DNA from: a virus
DNA length: 64,000 nt
Reading direction: 5' to 3' (one strand)
IMG/VR virus record: IMGVR_UViG_3300047586_000066
Span: 1 to 64,000 of that record
The notes beneath the pieces were generated by a model. That model was not told where the DNA came from, ran no database searches, and saw only the letters and a list, made by a program, of their open reading frames with translations. Positions 25,198 to 37,676 of the stretch are shown piece after piece. The stretch's first letter is position 1, and every line of letters starts with the position of its first letter. Both the position numbers and the translations under genes were made by a program.

Positions 25198-28100
25198 GGC
25201 TCGAGTTGGTCTCCGAATTTGGCTGTGAATGCCCTGGCCGCGGTAACAAACAACTGCAACGAGGTCTCCGCGATCACTGTCCGGCCGTCCGGAAGGTCGA
25301 ACATGAACGCGATCGACGGTTTTCCGCTCTCCATCCCGCCCTCAAGGGCGCCGACAGTGATCGGTGTTTTCAAATGGATGATCTTTTCCGGATCCAGTTC
25401 TTTGTTCATCCCTTCGGCGTTCATCAGAATTTTCAACACTGGCATCGCTATTCTCCTTTCGGGAGCTCTTTTCGCTCGACAACCTCATGGTAGTCTTCCG
25501 GCTTCAGGTCGATGACAGGGCCTTCCCCGGCCGGGGGAGTCGACCGCTCTTTCAATATCGCGCCGATATTCGAGTAGGTTCCCCAGATGGAAGCTCCCAT
25601 CATCATCTCCGCATAGAACTGGTCTGCGGTCTCATTGATGATCCGGTCAAACAGCTTTTGGGTTTCTCTGGCCTTCTCATTGATCTCAGAAGCGGTCGTT
25701 CTGTCTCCACGCGGCACCGCGGGATCCATACCGATCTCGTATTTGAAATCAAATTTGGGCGGATCTACGTGAACCATGTTGGCGCCCATGTCAAAGAAGG
25801 TCTTCTTTCCCATCACCATTTCCCCGTGAGCCATTCCCGTGGCATTCCGGCAGGCATATCGGCTGTCAGCCTGGAAGTTTTGTACTGCTCGCTGAGTCTC
25901 CGGCAGAAATCATTCAGATCACGCATGTCCTTGAAATTAGCCTCAACATGCCGGAGCTGCCCGCCGTGGAGCCGGCTGTAGATCAGAATCATGTGTGGCT
26001 CGTTGAAATGGACGTCGACGCCGATGTTTACCAGGTCCTTCGTCAAGGTGTCCATCTCTTCCATTTTGCGCTTCAGATCCCGGACCTCACTTTTTAAGGG
26101 ACTGATTTCTTCACGCAGCCGGAGAATATTTTCCCAGTAGACCGGCAGGCCAAGTTGCTTTTTCAGCCATTCCTTCATTTTGTACGAGAGATTCATTCCA
26201 CTCCTCCGCCGGGAAGATGCCCGCGCCATCAGCGTTTTATACCCCATCAGTCTTTTCCTCCAATGAGGCGGTTGATCTTGTCGGCGCCGGACCCGCCAAA
26301 CTTCTGCCGGATCTTCAGGAGCTCGCCCAGGAGGAAAATTGTTTTCTCGAAAACCGTTTGAGGTCCCATGACCGCGCCGGCACGATGCGAGCCTATCACA
26401 TCTCTCGCGCCAGGATCCTCATGAGAAAGTGTAACCGAAGCCGTGTCGACCGCAATCTGCGTCTTCTCTCCAAACTGGTCGGGAAAGTTATCCCGGATGT
26501 AGTCTGAGATTTCGGCAAACTGGTCGGCCAGAACGTTCGCGGCATTCCGAGCATCGGCCTCGGACTGCCGAGAACCAATGAGCGCCTGATCCAGCGCATT
26601 CACTTCCTTGACCGATTCTTTGTATCTCTGCTCCCAGTAATCGGACTGCTTACGCCACTTCTCGAAGAACGCCCGGGCCCCGTCGACCTCAACCAACAGT
26701 TTCCGGAATCTAGCTCCCGCTGTCGTACCCATCGCAATATCGATTTCTTCGGCTATGCCCATTGTTTTCTCTCCTCAACTCCTAAGAGATTTCCCTCGAG
26801 CTCTGACAGAAACTCTATAAGAGTTCTTTCCAAGGACTTCTGCTTTGATCAATGAATCTCCGAACCAGACGCAAAACGACTCTCCCGCTTTCGCGTCATT
26901 CGGGCAAATCCACTTTCCAAGTTCGTCCTGGCAAATCTTTCTGTGTTCTTCCGCCCGAACCACAGACGCCTGAGCGTCAGTGAGCCGGCCAACGCTGCCC
27001 AGCCAGTTTTTAATTATCCGTTCGCCTTCATAGGTGACTTTCCCGTCTCCCATTACTTTACTCCTCTAGGAAGACGACTTCGCCACTCAAACAGGCCAAC
27101 AGCTATAATTGCCATAATCAGTTCGTAGGCGCTCCAGCGGGAAGTCAGTGCGAACGCGAGCATAACGATAAGAACTATTGCGATCAGTGAATTTACTATA
27201 CAAACTTTCCATGGCATCATGACTTTATCCTGAAACAGAGCAAACATTTTTTTTACTTTTCGACCACTTCGACCACGTATTTCTTCAGGGCCCGGTTCAG
27301 CTTGGCTTTTTCAGTGTTCACGTTGTACTTTGCCTCGGAGACCCGGTGCCGGGCCCGGGCGATCAGCTTTGCGATCGCATCCTCTTTAGTGGGGAATACA
27401 TCCCCGACATTCTTTTCGCCGATGGCATCGATAGCCATAGACCATTTTTCAGGAGACATTTCCTTGATCTTGTCGATATACGGGTCCAGAACAAAGAGCG
27501 AATCATTCATTGGGGCCTCTCAATCCCGAAATATGCATACTTCAGATACCGGATCATCGCGGCCATGCTCTTCTCGGTCGCCGGTCCACCCTTCGGCATC
27601 ATCACCGTGTACCAGATCTTCCGGAATCTTGTTTCCTTACGGGTCATCGGCACCCAAGCCATAAATGGATACTTTGCCCGCCAAACCCAAAGCCGAACGG
27701 GAACTGATTTCCAAATTCTGGTCCAGACCTTCACTCGGTAGAGCTCGAATTCCTTACCCTGGATTCTGATCCGACGTTTTAGGAACAACCCGGTCATTTT
27801 TTATCCTCATCCGGTTTATAGGTGATCGAAGGACCCTTCTGCCAATCGGGATCTTCTTCGCCGTCCCACTGGACAGGGAACCAGACAGTGCCGCTCCGTT
27901 TATCGTGCCATGGGTTGCCGATCTGAGTCCCTACCCGGCCGGCGCCTTCCCATCCTTCCTTGATCTGGACCCGAAGGCACTTATCCACGGGAGTGGATAC
28001 CTTCGTATTCTTCTCGATCCAGCATCGGATCTCAGACAGGTTTCTGGCAAACCCATTGATGTATTCGAGAAGTTTTTCAGGTTGTTTCGAACAGTCCACC

Positions 28101-28552
28101 AGCTTGACGTCTACAAGCCAGGTATTTATTCCTTTCAGAAAGTCCAGAATTGCTTCCCGGGCCTCGCCATATTCCTTCATAACGGTTTTCGTGAGGAGAC
28201 TCATTGGGACCTCTTTTTCATGGTGACGAAGTATGTATCTGAATTCTTTACGTCTCGCTCAATCCGCACGATATCAAAATTGGGATACCAGTCGGCGATC
28301 GCTTCCTGGATGGTTCGCCGTGGAAGAGTCGGCGTGTAGACTTCGCCTTCGAACATGAACTTTCCGTTCCATCGGAGAGTGGCCTGGGTACAGTCGGGCG
28401 CGATCTCTGAAGTAGCTCGCTGGAGATTGACAGTAGGCGGCACTCCGGTCTTCGAATCTCCGCTCACGGAGACCGCGGTTTGGTCCACATCTCCGCACGC
28501 ACACGAAAGTAGAGCCGCAAGGCAGATAAGAATCAGTGATAGTTTCATCGTT

Positions 28553-28738
28553 TCACTCCCAATCGGCTGGAATGTATTTGACAATTCGATATTTGAAGAC
28601 CTGGAAACCAAAAGCTCTACGCATCGCCAATATCTTTTCTTGAGCCTTCTTTCGCGTCCATAAAATCAAAATCGTTCTTCCCCAGTCTTTTGTCCCGGCT
28701 GGAGCACGTTCGACCACCCAAAGTCGTCGGCATCTCAT
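28553..28738 (-). CDS. Small paralog family member (LWVV...YRI.KY.P)
   Basis: Aligns with 31128..31319 and 33035..33220. Confidence 0.6.
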   Translation of the reverse strand: MRCRRLWVVERAPAGTKDWGRTILILWTRKKAQEKILAMRRAFGFQVFKYRIVKYIPADWE

Positions 28739-29352
28739 TTGTGAGCCTCCGAATTCATCAACCGGTCCAGCTTGTCCATATGTTCATGAAACTCCTCAAT
28801 CCTTTTCAGAACGCTTTCGAGTTCCAGCCGGCGCTGCTCGGAGACTTCCAGAGCAGACTTGTGGAGTTCCTTCTCACGGACGAGTTCTTTACTGTAGGCG
28901 TCCGCCCGTTTCCAGTTCTCCTGGGACTGCTCGGCCCACTGACTAGATTCACGGATATGACGTTCTCTCCAGTAATTGGCGTCGGAGAGTTCCTTGACCA
29001 GCCGGGCGTTGTCCTCGGCCCATTTCTTACGAGCTATCTCGGCATTTTCGAGCTCGGCCTTAGTCTCTTCGAGTTCTTCCTTGACCTCATCGGCCGCGCA
29101 GCGAGCATCATTGATCTTCCTTCCGCAGCTCTCATGGATCATGCGGGCGATCCCGAGTTCTTTTTCTTTTACCAGAAGAAGCTCACGATAGTTGAATGTC
29201 CGACCGAGTTCAGCTAATGTCCGACTGAGTTCAGCTTTGAGACGGAAGATTTCTCCTTGGTCCTCCTGGTATTCCTTCCGGGCGCCGTCGAGGAGGGAGA
29301 TCACCCTTTTGAGAAGCTCTCCGACCTCGATCAACTCTTTCGCGGTATTCAT
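28735..29352 (-). CDS. Coiled-coil protein
   Basis: MNTAKELIE..., heptad-rich. Confidence 0.55.
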   Translation of the reverse strand: MNTAKELIEVGELLKRVISLLDGARKEYQEDQGEIFRLKAELSRTLAELGRTFNYRELLLVKEKELGIARMIHESCGRKINDARCAADEVKEELEETKAELENAEIARKKWAEDNARLVKELSDANYWRERHIRESSQWAEQSQENWKRADAYSKELVREKELHKSALEVSEQRRLELESVLKRIEEFHEHMDKLDRLMNSEAHK

Positions 29353-31127
29353 TGGCTTACCCCGTAAAAGGCAGTTCGTTGCAGATCCGGTACGCAATCA
29401 CGCCGAAAACTACCAGGGCGGCGCCCAAGACGAGCAGGAGCCAGAACCAAACCGGTTTTGCCTTCATTTATTATGCTCACCACAGGAAAAGCAGAGTACG
29501 CCCCACAAGGCAAACAGAAAGTACAGCGCAATCGACATGCTAATTTTCTTGCCGACATCGAGTGGAAGATGCTTTGCCACTGTGCTCAGGATGATCACCC
29601 CAAAAGCTGCTACGACTCCGGTCCAGAATCCCAGACTTTTCATCGGTCATTCTCCTCTCGGATCTGCTTGCGATATTCTCGTCTCAGCACCAAGGCTGCG
29701 ATCACTATCACAACAGGCCATGCCAAAGTACCGACCATCGCCAGGATAAACTCTTGCCAGGTCATTTTTTGTCCTCGGGGATGCGGATGGTTATGACGAT
29801 ATCCTCACGGAGCACCTGCATGGACATGTATCGCTGGATATTCACAGCGTACTGGGCGCAACGTTCGCGGAGCTGTTTCTCGAACTTCAGGACCGCTTCC
29901 TTGATCGACGCCTCGGCCTCGTCGACGAAGGCTTCCTCGACCGCTTTCCGGACGATCTCTTCGAACTTCGGATTCACTTCCATGGTCATTTTGGGGATCT
30001 CCGAGGCGCCTTGGCCGGGGTGGCGAATACGACTCGAAGCTCATGTTTCTTCATTTCCCTATATCGCAACAGGTCCGGGTCATTGAACCCCATGCCGGCA
30101 AAGCCCCGGCCGAGCGTGAATTGCCTCATCTGTATTTCGTGGACCTGGAATCCGCAGAACGAACAATGCATCAACCTGACAAAGACATTTTTGCGAACCT
30201 TGAAATCCATCACTCGCAACACGTCCGGGAAAAAATGTCCCGCTTCGTCGGATGGGACCTGGCCGGGGAAGTACGGCCCAGACTTTTCTTTCTTTTTCGC
30301 GTCCATTTCCTACCTCCCCGGTATCAGTCCGGCATCTTCATCATGCCAGGCTCTTTCTCGGCGTATTCCTCGAACCATTGCAAATCGTCGAGTACTTTCC
30401 TCAACTTCGTGACAGGAACTCCATTGGCGGCAGCTTCGGCAAGCCAAAACCGGATGGTTCTAATTCCCAACTTGTCCCATCCGATAAGGGTGAACACCGG
30501 AACATTGTCCGGTATCTTTGTAAACTTCTCTTTGCAACATTTTGCAGGCATAGCTGCATACCTCCTTGGTGATATACCGGCTGCGTAAGTTTACGCTCCG
30601 ATTTTCGAAAAGATCTTTCCAAGCACGGTCATCATGTCGTTCTGGTTCGATATGATGGTGACCTGGTTCGTCAGCATAATCGACTGTTTCCCCGCGGCGG
30701 TCTGCTGAGAAGCCAGCATGAACCGGGTTCCCTGGTCCAACTTGAACCATGCCTGAATATTCGTGATCGCCTGGAGGATCGAGGGTAGGAGGTTCGCAAA
30801 CAGCTCCTTGTCCTTCGCCGTGTCCTGGAATGGAGTGGCCACGATCGAGTATTTCACATTCAAGTCCTCGACCAGTTCCTCGCGCAACAGCTCATCAATA
30901 TCCTTTTCCAGGATCGAGAGCTGGGTATTGACCACCGGAATCGGCACTCCGAGCATGGTCGCCATCCCAAGCAGCGCCATCGTGTAGAAATTCAGCGCCA
31001 ACAGGTCCGGCACGTCGAACTTTGCAGCCTGAATCCCGGGCAGCGCGGCCAACAATTTCGTTCCTTTCTCATTCAACAAAGCATAATCATCGGTTGTTGC
31101 TGGCATAACACTCTCCTTTTGAATTGT

Positions 31128-31319
31128 TTAACGTGAAACTACTGGTTGGTACTGAATCACCCGGTACGGGAGTACCTCATACCCACAATACCGGTCGTTC
31201 GTTTTACATTTCTCAACAAAATTCCGAGCTTCCTGCCGAGTAGTTTTGCAGCCTCGAAATTTCCATCCCTCGGAAATATCGCTCCATGACTCGACCACCC
31301 ACAATCTTGGGAAATTCAT
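31128..31319 (-). CDS. Small paralog family member
   Basis: RLWVVE...W...TRQEAR...YRVIQYQP. Confidence 0.6.
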   Translation of the reverse strand: MNFPRLWVVESWSDISEGWKFRGCKTTRQEARNFVEKCKTNDRYCGYEVLPYRVIQYQPVVSR

Positions 31320-32401
31320 TCGAAAACCTCTTCCTTTTTATTGACAAACACTCTGATCGGTCCATAGCCGAGCACTTTTTCGGCCGCTTTCTCGATTCTC
31401 TCTCTGTTCGCCGTGATTCGTTCCCGGATGGAGTCAAAACCACTGGCCGAGAGACGAAGGGTAAGCGCCTTATTGTCCAAGTAGGCATCAGGGACCGCCA
31501 AGAGAAGACTCTCGAGCATCTCCGAATTAACGTTCGTGGCAATCCGGACAAGCAGGTCTTTCATGTCTGGGCCCTTCGCGGTCGAAGGGGTTTTCTCATT
31601 TTCCTCGAGAGGAGTATCCGTGCATTCCAACATCCCGATGACCGTTTCCAGCTTGGTCACTCTTTTGCGCTGAAATTGGAATACCCTCTCCCACGGTTTG
31701 CGCCGCTCATGCAATTCCCGAATTTGAGCGTCGATCACCGTCAGATCATTCTTACTCCGCTCGAAAACCTGCTTCGCATTAGCCAGATCCGCCTTCAGAA
31801 TCTCGATTGCCCCGCGGTCAATTCCCATAAGAAACCTCCCATTGCATTCACACACGCTCGACAGACCTCCACCACGAGTCGGATCATTCAGCCTGTCATA
31901 CAGAGTCTTTCCCGGAGGACAGTGTAGGCACCCCCCAAGAAAATGCCACCCGCAGTAGCATCGCTTCCGCGGGTCTACTCGCGTTATGTTTTGCATAAAC
32001 CGGTCCTGATCCTCGCTCATTCGAGCACCACTCCTGTTTTTGTAGCCAGTCCCAGACATGGCGGATTCGGCGCTTTGTCGCAGAATTCGAGCGCCAGGAA
32101 GACATCGATCTCAGCACCCATCTGGATCATCGCCGTGTGCGCGGCCACGACCTTTGGATTGTTGGCATAGGCGCCTTCGGTGATTACTCGTAGGAAAGCC
32201 GGCCTACCGCAATACGGACACTCCCGAGCGTTCTTAGGATCATTCGCTGCGATCGCGTAGAGCCATTTGCAGTTATTTTTGATGCTTTTGACGTCCATCA
32301 GATCCTCCTTTTATTTCCTTGCTCTTCTTCGGAAGAACTGCCGCAAGAAGTTCCTCGACATACGGCAGCACCCAGCTCCGCATCGCAGGTTATTTTCAGG
32401 C

Positions 32402-32809
32402 TCACGCTTCCATCGCCGTCCAAGATTCGATTGCCTTGGTAACTCGATCCATGGCCATCTTTGCGGCCTCTAAGGCTACAACTGGCGAAGTATTCGCGTA
32501 TACATCATTGAGACGTATTTCCAAGCACCATGCATATCCTTGGATAAGAACTTCCTTTCGCCATATCGTGAAATCCGGTCGGTAATCGCCCAACTCGCTC
32601 TCAATTTTAAGAACAAATCTCGCTAGGTTTTCAATGCGTTCGTCTGTACTGTGTTCGAAATATACATGCGGCCACCCTCGTCCATGTCCACAACAGGACG
32701 ATGTTGTAACAAATCCGGCGGCATTTAGCGCGTCACAAAGAGGGATAATCTCATCGTCTAGTTTCTCTTCGTAATTAGGGTCATAACGAACAACATTCCA
32801 ATCAGCCAT
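32402..32809 (-). CDS. Protein with TYW3-like TTSSC motif
   Basis: LDDEIIPLCDALNAAGFVTTSSCCGH. Confidence 0.5.
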   Translation of the reverse strand: MADWNVVRYDPNYEEKLDDEIIPLCDALNAAGFVTTSSCCGHGRGWPHVYFEHSTDERIENLARFVLKIESELGDYRPDFTIWRKEVLIQGYAWCLEIRLNDVYANTSPVVALEAAKMAMDRVTKAIESWTAMEA

Positions 32810-33034
32810 ATTTTTACCCTTTCACCCTGCAATCTCCTCGCAGATCCGCTCGGCCAGCTCCGCAGCCAAAGCTGATAGTCTTCCTTCGCGTGCTTCGAGC
32901 TGTACTCCCTGGTCGTGAAACAGGACGAGAAAGCCGGCCCCTGCTTCAACGTCTTCATCAGCCTCCGCGCCGCTTCCTGCCGCCAGCCCCGTTTCGCCAT
33001 AATTACCCCCGAAAAGCCCACGATTCCCGCGACA

Positions 33035-33220
33035 TCACCATTTTGCCGGAATGTACTTCTCGATCCGGAATGTGATCGGACTTGTCGGCGCCGGATAAGC
33101 ACCCTTGTACCACTCAACCTGTTCCCGTGCTTCCCGCCTGGATCTGCAAGTGCTTCGGAAATACCATTCAGTGTCCTTCTGAGCCCGCACCAGAATCACC
33201 CACAAATAGGGCATCTTCAT
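33035..33220 (-). CDS. Small paralog family member
   Basis: YLWVIL...W...SRREAR...FRIEKYIP. Confidence 0.6.
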   Translation of the reverse strand: MKMPYLWVILVRAQKDTEWYFRSTCRSRREAREQVEWYKGAYPAPTSPITFRIEKYIPAKW

Positions 33221-33398
33221 CCCTCAGCCTCTTTCGCTATCGTTGCGTCAATCCGCTGGATGATCTCCGCCCGGAGTGTCGCTATCTGTCGCGCAACCAT
33301 CGCTCCCGCCATCACGACCGCCGCAGCTTGTTCCCCTCCGGTCATCTCCAGAATGCTTCTCCATAAATCCCGATCGTCCTGATCAATCACTTTCCCCA

Positions 33399-33959
33399 TC
33401 ACTCGTCCTCCCCTCGAAACCCGCTCCGCGCTGCCACTCTCCTCCGGCGCCGGCCACGCTTGATTGCCAAAATTCTATCCGCATCACGAATCAGCCGCTC
33501 GAACGCCTCCCAGTACACTTTCTCAATCTCCTTCGCTCCGCACTCCCACCGGCAGATCGTGTCATTATTTACGCCCAACTCAGCGCCCACTTCTCCTTGC
33601 CGAAGCCCGGCTATCTTCCGCAAATCCCGCAACGCGTTCCCATCCATCATCAACCATCTCCTTTGCAATCGGGTTATCCGTTTCCTGGCCGACTCCCGTG
33701 CGTATTCCTCGTAAACCTCTCTTCCGTCCTGCCAGTAATCCCGATATTCAAGCTCAGGTATGATCTTCCCTGCATGCAACCTTAAATGATCGGTTGCCCA
33801 GACAAAAACCCCATACAAAGGACGCCCGTAATCCGGATGATGGAAGAACTTCCCCTCGATTACCGGAATAACTCCCGCTTTTCTGGCTACTTGGACCAGT
33901 TCTTTCGTCCTTTTCCGGCGTCTGGCATCTTGGGCAGTCCATGTGTCATCTGTGATCAT
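33399..33959 (-). CDS. XRE-family HTH regulator (C-terminal HTH)
   Basis: LRDLRKIAGLRQGEVGAELGVNNDTICRWECG. Confidence 0.75.
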   Translation of the reverse strand: MITDDTWTAQDARRRKRTKELVQVARKAGVIPVIEGKFFHHPDYGRPLYGVFVWATDHLRLHAGKIIPELEYRDYWQDGREVYEEYARESARKRITRLQRRWLMMDGNALRDLRKIAGLRQGEVGAELGVNNDTICRWECGAKEIEKVYWEAFERLIRDADRILAIKRGRRRRRVAARSGFRGEDE

Positions 33960-33979
33960 GAAAGTTAGTGTCTAACGCG

Positions 33980-34007
33980 ATTCTACACGGTAATATTCGC
34001 GTGTCAA
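33980..34007 (-). promoter_or_regulatory. Sigma70-like promoter for the leftward operon
   Basis: TTGACA-16nt-TAGAAT, about 20 nt upstream of 33959. Confidence 0.6.
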
Positions 34008-34451
34008 GCGAAAAAAGTAGCACGGAAAAGAAAACTTTTTTATGCATATCAGGGTTAGGTACCGAATCCAAGACCTGGCCATGCCCTCACCCTCGACCTA
34101 CCCCTGCCCCTCGACCTTTCCCTGCCCAGAATTTCGTCCTGTCCCTGGTCTCGGTCCCAGTCCATGGCGTTGCTGATGCCTGATTTGCGCGGATTTGCTC
34201 GTCGCATCTTCTATTACTGCGATTCGAGCTCTGCCGATCACGGTCTATGTCATTAGCACGTCTGGAGTTAGCGTTTTCACCCTCCGGACATGGTAACACT
34301 ATGCTGCATTGTTACCATGTTAGACATAGACGTAAGTGTAGTCCTAGCTATGGATTAGGATGAGGACAATAGCATCATGGCTGCCGACATGCATGCCACA
34401 ATTTGCCCTTTTCCTGGCTTTGGGTGTTAGCACTCGGCATTCTGTTTCGCG

Positions 34452-34922
34452 CTATGATTCTGCCTGCATTTGGTTTGTCGCATGCCTTTGGCGTAATTGG
34501 TCGTAATCATGGCGGTTCTTGAGGCGGGCGGCGCGGATGGTGGGGAGGTAGGCGAGGCGGATGGAGCGGTTTTCTTTGGCGATGATGCGGGTGATTTGTT
34601 CATTGGGGACGAAGGTGACGGTCAGGTATTTGGGAGTCTGGGGGATTCCCCACCTGGTTCTCCATGCGGACAGCGGTCTATCGCGCTGATATCCTATTTC
34701 GATACGTCCGAGACCTGTCAATGTGCATATTGCCTTTGTACCTCTGGGAATGTTCCTTGCCATTGCCTCTATCCAGGTTTCGAGAGCGAGGCTGATACCC
34801 TGTATTCCGTGATCGGCTTCTGTCTGAGTCATTCCTCCCACTTCGATCATCAGCTCTGCCAGTTTCCTCTTGTCCATTCTGGCAATGATCGGAGGCTTTT
34901 CCCCTCGATTCCTCGTTGCCAT
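34452..34922 (-). CDS. HU/IHF-like DNA-binding protein
   Basis: MDKRKLAELM...MTQTEA...CTLTGLGRI...VTFVP. Confidence 0.55.
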   Translation of the reverse strand: MATRNRGEKPPIIARMDKRKLAELMIEVGGMTQTEADHGIQGISLALETWIEAMARNIPRGTKAICTLTGLGRIEIGYQRDRPLSAWRTRWGIPQTPKYLTVTFVPNEQITRIIAKENRSIRLAYLPTIRAARLKNRHDYDQLRQRHATNQMQAES

Positions 34923-35014
34923 GGCTCTTTCCCCTATCTGTGCACTAGTGCACTCGTAAATTATTTTTTGCTTCTATCTGCCTGATTCTGTGTGCCTTGC
35001 GCTCTTAGTACATT

Positions 35015-35062
35015 GTCGAAAGAAGATAATACTTGACAAGATGTTAACGTTTCGGCGATACT
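35015..35062 (+). promoter_or_regulatory. Sigma70-like promoter of the rightward early region
   Basis: GTCGAAAGAA...TTGACA(35033)-18nt-GATACT; similar to 38528-38572. Confidence 0.5.
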
Positions 35063-35931
35063 TGTCGATATAAAGTTTAGGAGGACTCCAATGAAATCCC
35101 CAGCAGTCTCAATTAAAACCCACCCACAATATCCGGAAACCCATGTGCTTGTTGAAGTTGAATCCCGTGGGCGCGTATATGCAATCTCTTGGGCGCGTCC
35201 ATGGCCTACTGAGTCCGAAGTTCTTGAGGCTTGGGCAGAAGATCATCAGCGCACTCCCAAGTATCGTGTTTTCAGGCCATTCGATCATACCACAGGGAGA
35301 GAATTATAATGCGTCCTACAACAAAAAGATTCTCCGCCCGTGAAGGTCGTCTCAAGACCAAACTCCGCGCATTGCTCTTGTGCGAAGGGTTTGATTGTGA
35401 CTTCTTCTGGGAACAACAGGGCTATTTCCGTATCCATGGCGTTGAGTGCGATATAGCCTCATGGGGAGTCTATGCTTGGTTTGCTGGCCAACCCGTTTCC
35501 CTCCATTGCTGGGAAACCATGACTGAGTGCGTTAAGTATGGCATTACCGTATCTCCTTACGATAGCGGCGATTACGTAGTCATTTCCAAAAAATCCTTAG
35601 TTTAGGAGGTTTACTCATGGCTGTATTGTATCAAAAACCATTGAATCCACAACTCTTTGAACACAAGGTCAGACAAGCACTTAAGGCTTTCCACATGGAC
35701 ATCGAAGCCGGATCCGTGGCTGGTCGTGCTGCTCTCAATACCCTGACCTTACTCGATGATATTCTCCCTGGCAAGCCTGAATTAGGCCCGGATTTCTGGA
35801 ACGCTCTTCCCGATGACACACCCTTGACTCCTAAACTGGATACAGAGAAATGTCTTATGTGTTCCGCTCCCGTTGTTCCGCCTTTGGTTCTCTGCCCTGA
35901 CTGTCTCTCGGAAGTGGACGCCCGTCGCTAG

Positions 35932-36001
35932 TTTCGAGTTCCTGGCACGGCTCCCGGCCGTGTCTGGAATCCGCAATTATGCGGGGAAGAGAGAGACTCG
36001 A
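35932..36001 (+). repeat. Intergenic double-hairpin + GGGGAA(A)GAGAG RBS element, copy 1
   Basis: CC(T)GGCACGG/CCGTGTCTGG; CCGCA-ATTA-TGCGG; GGAAGAGAGAG; ATG 36002. Confidence 0.75.
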
Positions 36002-36283
36002 ATGATAGACCATACAGAAGGCCCATGGGAAATAATCCCAGAAAAGAAAAACCCTCTCTATTGCTATATTTACGACAAGGCGAGGAAACATCTAGGGCAG
36101 ATCTGCTCTGTTATGGATTCCCCAAAATCCGGCAATGCTCACCTTATCGTCAGTTCGCCTGAACTGCTCGCAGCCTGCGAGGCCGCCTACGCTGAAATTC
36201 TGCCGATTGATGCCGCTTGGGCAGTCACTCTCAGAATTAAACTGAACAAAGCAATCACCAAAGCCAAAGGGAGGAAATAACCC

Positions 36284-36793
36284 ATGACAGAACAAAAACA
36301 AAAGCCTTCAATCGGTATCAGGCTCGTAACCTCTGGAGACGGCTATTATTTTCACGTCCACGCATGGCCACAACTCTACAGCTTTATAGCCGAGAAGTGG
36401 GAGTACTTCTCTGAATGGGAACGCAATCCCGATCTTCATAACGTCCTGGCTTCCTGCCAGTGTGACAGGGAGAAGCAAGGCGATAACCCCTCGTATGCCT
36501 GGTCAGTAGAGAATCAAGCCCCTCGCTTCGATCTTCGAGACGCACAGCGAGCCGTCAAGCAGCTTGGACCGATTGACAAGAAAATGAACAAGATAGCCGC
36601 CGAGTTTGGCAGGCCGCAAACGTTTGGGCAATTCGTCCTCCACTTCTCCCGGGCTGTCGGCGCTACACAGCTTGTACGTGCTCCCCGATCTTTTGAGACC
36701 ACTGAGCATTCGGTAGACATTATAAACGTGGCTTTCCATGTCGATGAGCTTATCCGTGAGTTTCACGCGAAGTTTGCAGCAAAGTCTGCATAG
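36284..36793 (+). CDS. Hypothetical early protein
   Basis: 169 aa, RBS GGAGG. Confidence 0.6.
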   Translation: MTEQKQKPSIGIRLVTSGDGYYFHVHAWPQLYSFIAEKWEYFSEWERNPDLHNVLASCQCDREKQGDNPSYAWSVENQAPRFDLRDAQRAVKQLGPIDKKMNKIAAEFGRPQTFGQFVLHFSRAVGATQLVRAPRSFETTEHSVDIINVAFHVDELIREFHAKFAAKSA

Positions 36794-37006
36794 GAGGATC
36801 TGTCAATGCACGAAGATAAATATTCGTTGACCACAATCCCTGACGATAGCGCAATCGGAATTGACGTGGTTTATTTTGAATCCTGCCGCCTAGCCAAGAA
36901 GTGGCTTAACGCCCTGACTACGTTCTCCTGCTACCGTGAGCTGAAAGACACGTGGTCTAATCGCGTCATTGCTCGTAAACATTTCGATCAGTCTTTGACA
37001 AGCTAG

Positions 37007-37076
37007 GTTCGAGTCCTCGGCGCAATCTCCCATTGCGCCGAGGATCCGCACCTATGCGGGGAAAGAGAGAAACTCA
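37007..37076 (+). repeat. Double-hairpin/RBS element, copy 2
   Basis: TCCTCGGCGCAAT/ATTGCGCCGAGGA; CCGCA-CCTA-TGCGG; GGAAAGAGAGAA. Confidence 0.8.
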
Positions 37077-37676
37077 ATGTCTGAACAGCTCAACGGTGCC
37101 CCACACGAAGGAGGCAGTTCTCCATGGGGAAGGATTCAAGACGTTTGCCCGGAAGCACCTGGCATGTGGTTTGTCTCCACGGCTTCCCATGGCGGGATAA
37201 AGGTTACAAGGGCACTGAACGCACAGATTCCCGAATATATGCGTTGCGAAGGCGGATGGTACGAGGAGGATTGTGACTGGAGCATTCCCGCTCTTGTCTT
37301 CGCTGACACCATTACGTCTGACTCCCTCAAGAAATCCATTGCAGACGGCTCGGCCAGGTCAACTCTTCTCTCGTACAGGCCGGAAGCCTTCGAGAAGTTT
37401 ACCGGCGAAGTGGTTTATCCCGGCATGTCGTATGCTCGAGACCAAGAGATTTTTGAACGCGACAACAAAGACAACTGGGTAGTCATTGCCGCTTACGGTT
37501 CATGGCATGCCCAAGTTCCCAAGGGGTTCGTCGGTGTCACATGTACCCGTGGAGGCTTGCGCGGTTCTGGGTATCCCGTGGCGCACTTCCTAGTTGCCGA
37601 AACCGAATATGAAGCACGCGGGGGGAATTTTGTTGCTAACCCTGAAAAGCATCAGGCTATCCCTCGCTTTTCGTGA
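37077..37676 (+). CDS. DUF7007-like protein
   Basis: SPWG...GMWFVSTASHGG...WYEEDCDW. Confidence 0.65.
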   Translation: MSEQLNGAPHEGGSSPWGRIQDVCPEAPGMWFVSTASHGGIKVTRALNAQIPEYMRCEGGWYEEDCDWSIPALVFADTITSDSLKKSIADGSARSTLLSYRPEAFEKFTGEVVYPGMSYARDQEIFERDNKDNWVVIAAYGSWHAQVPKGFVGVTCTRGGLRGSGYPVAHFLVAETEYEARGGNFVANPEKHQAIPRFS

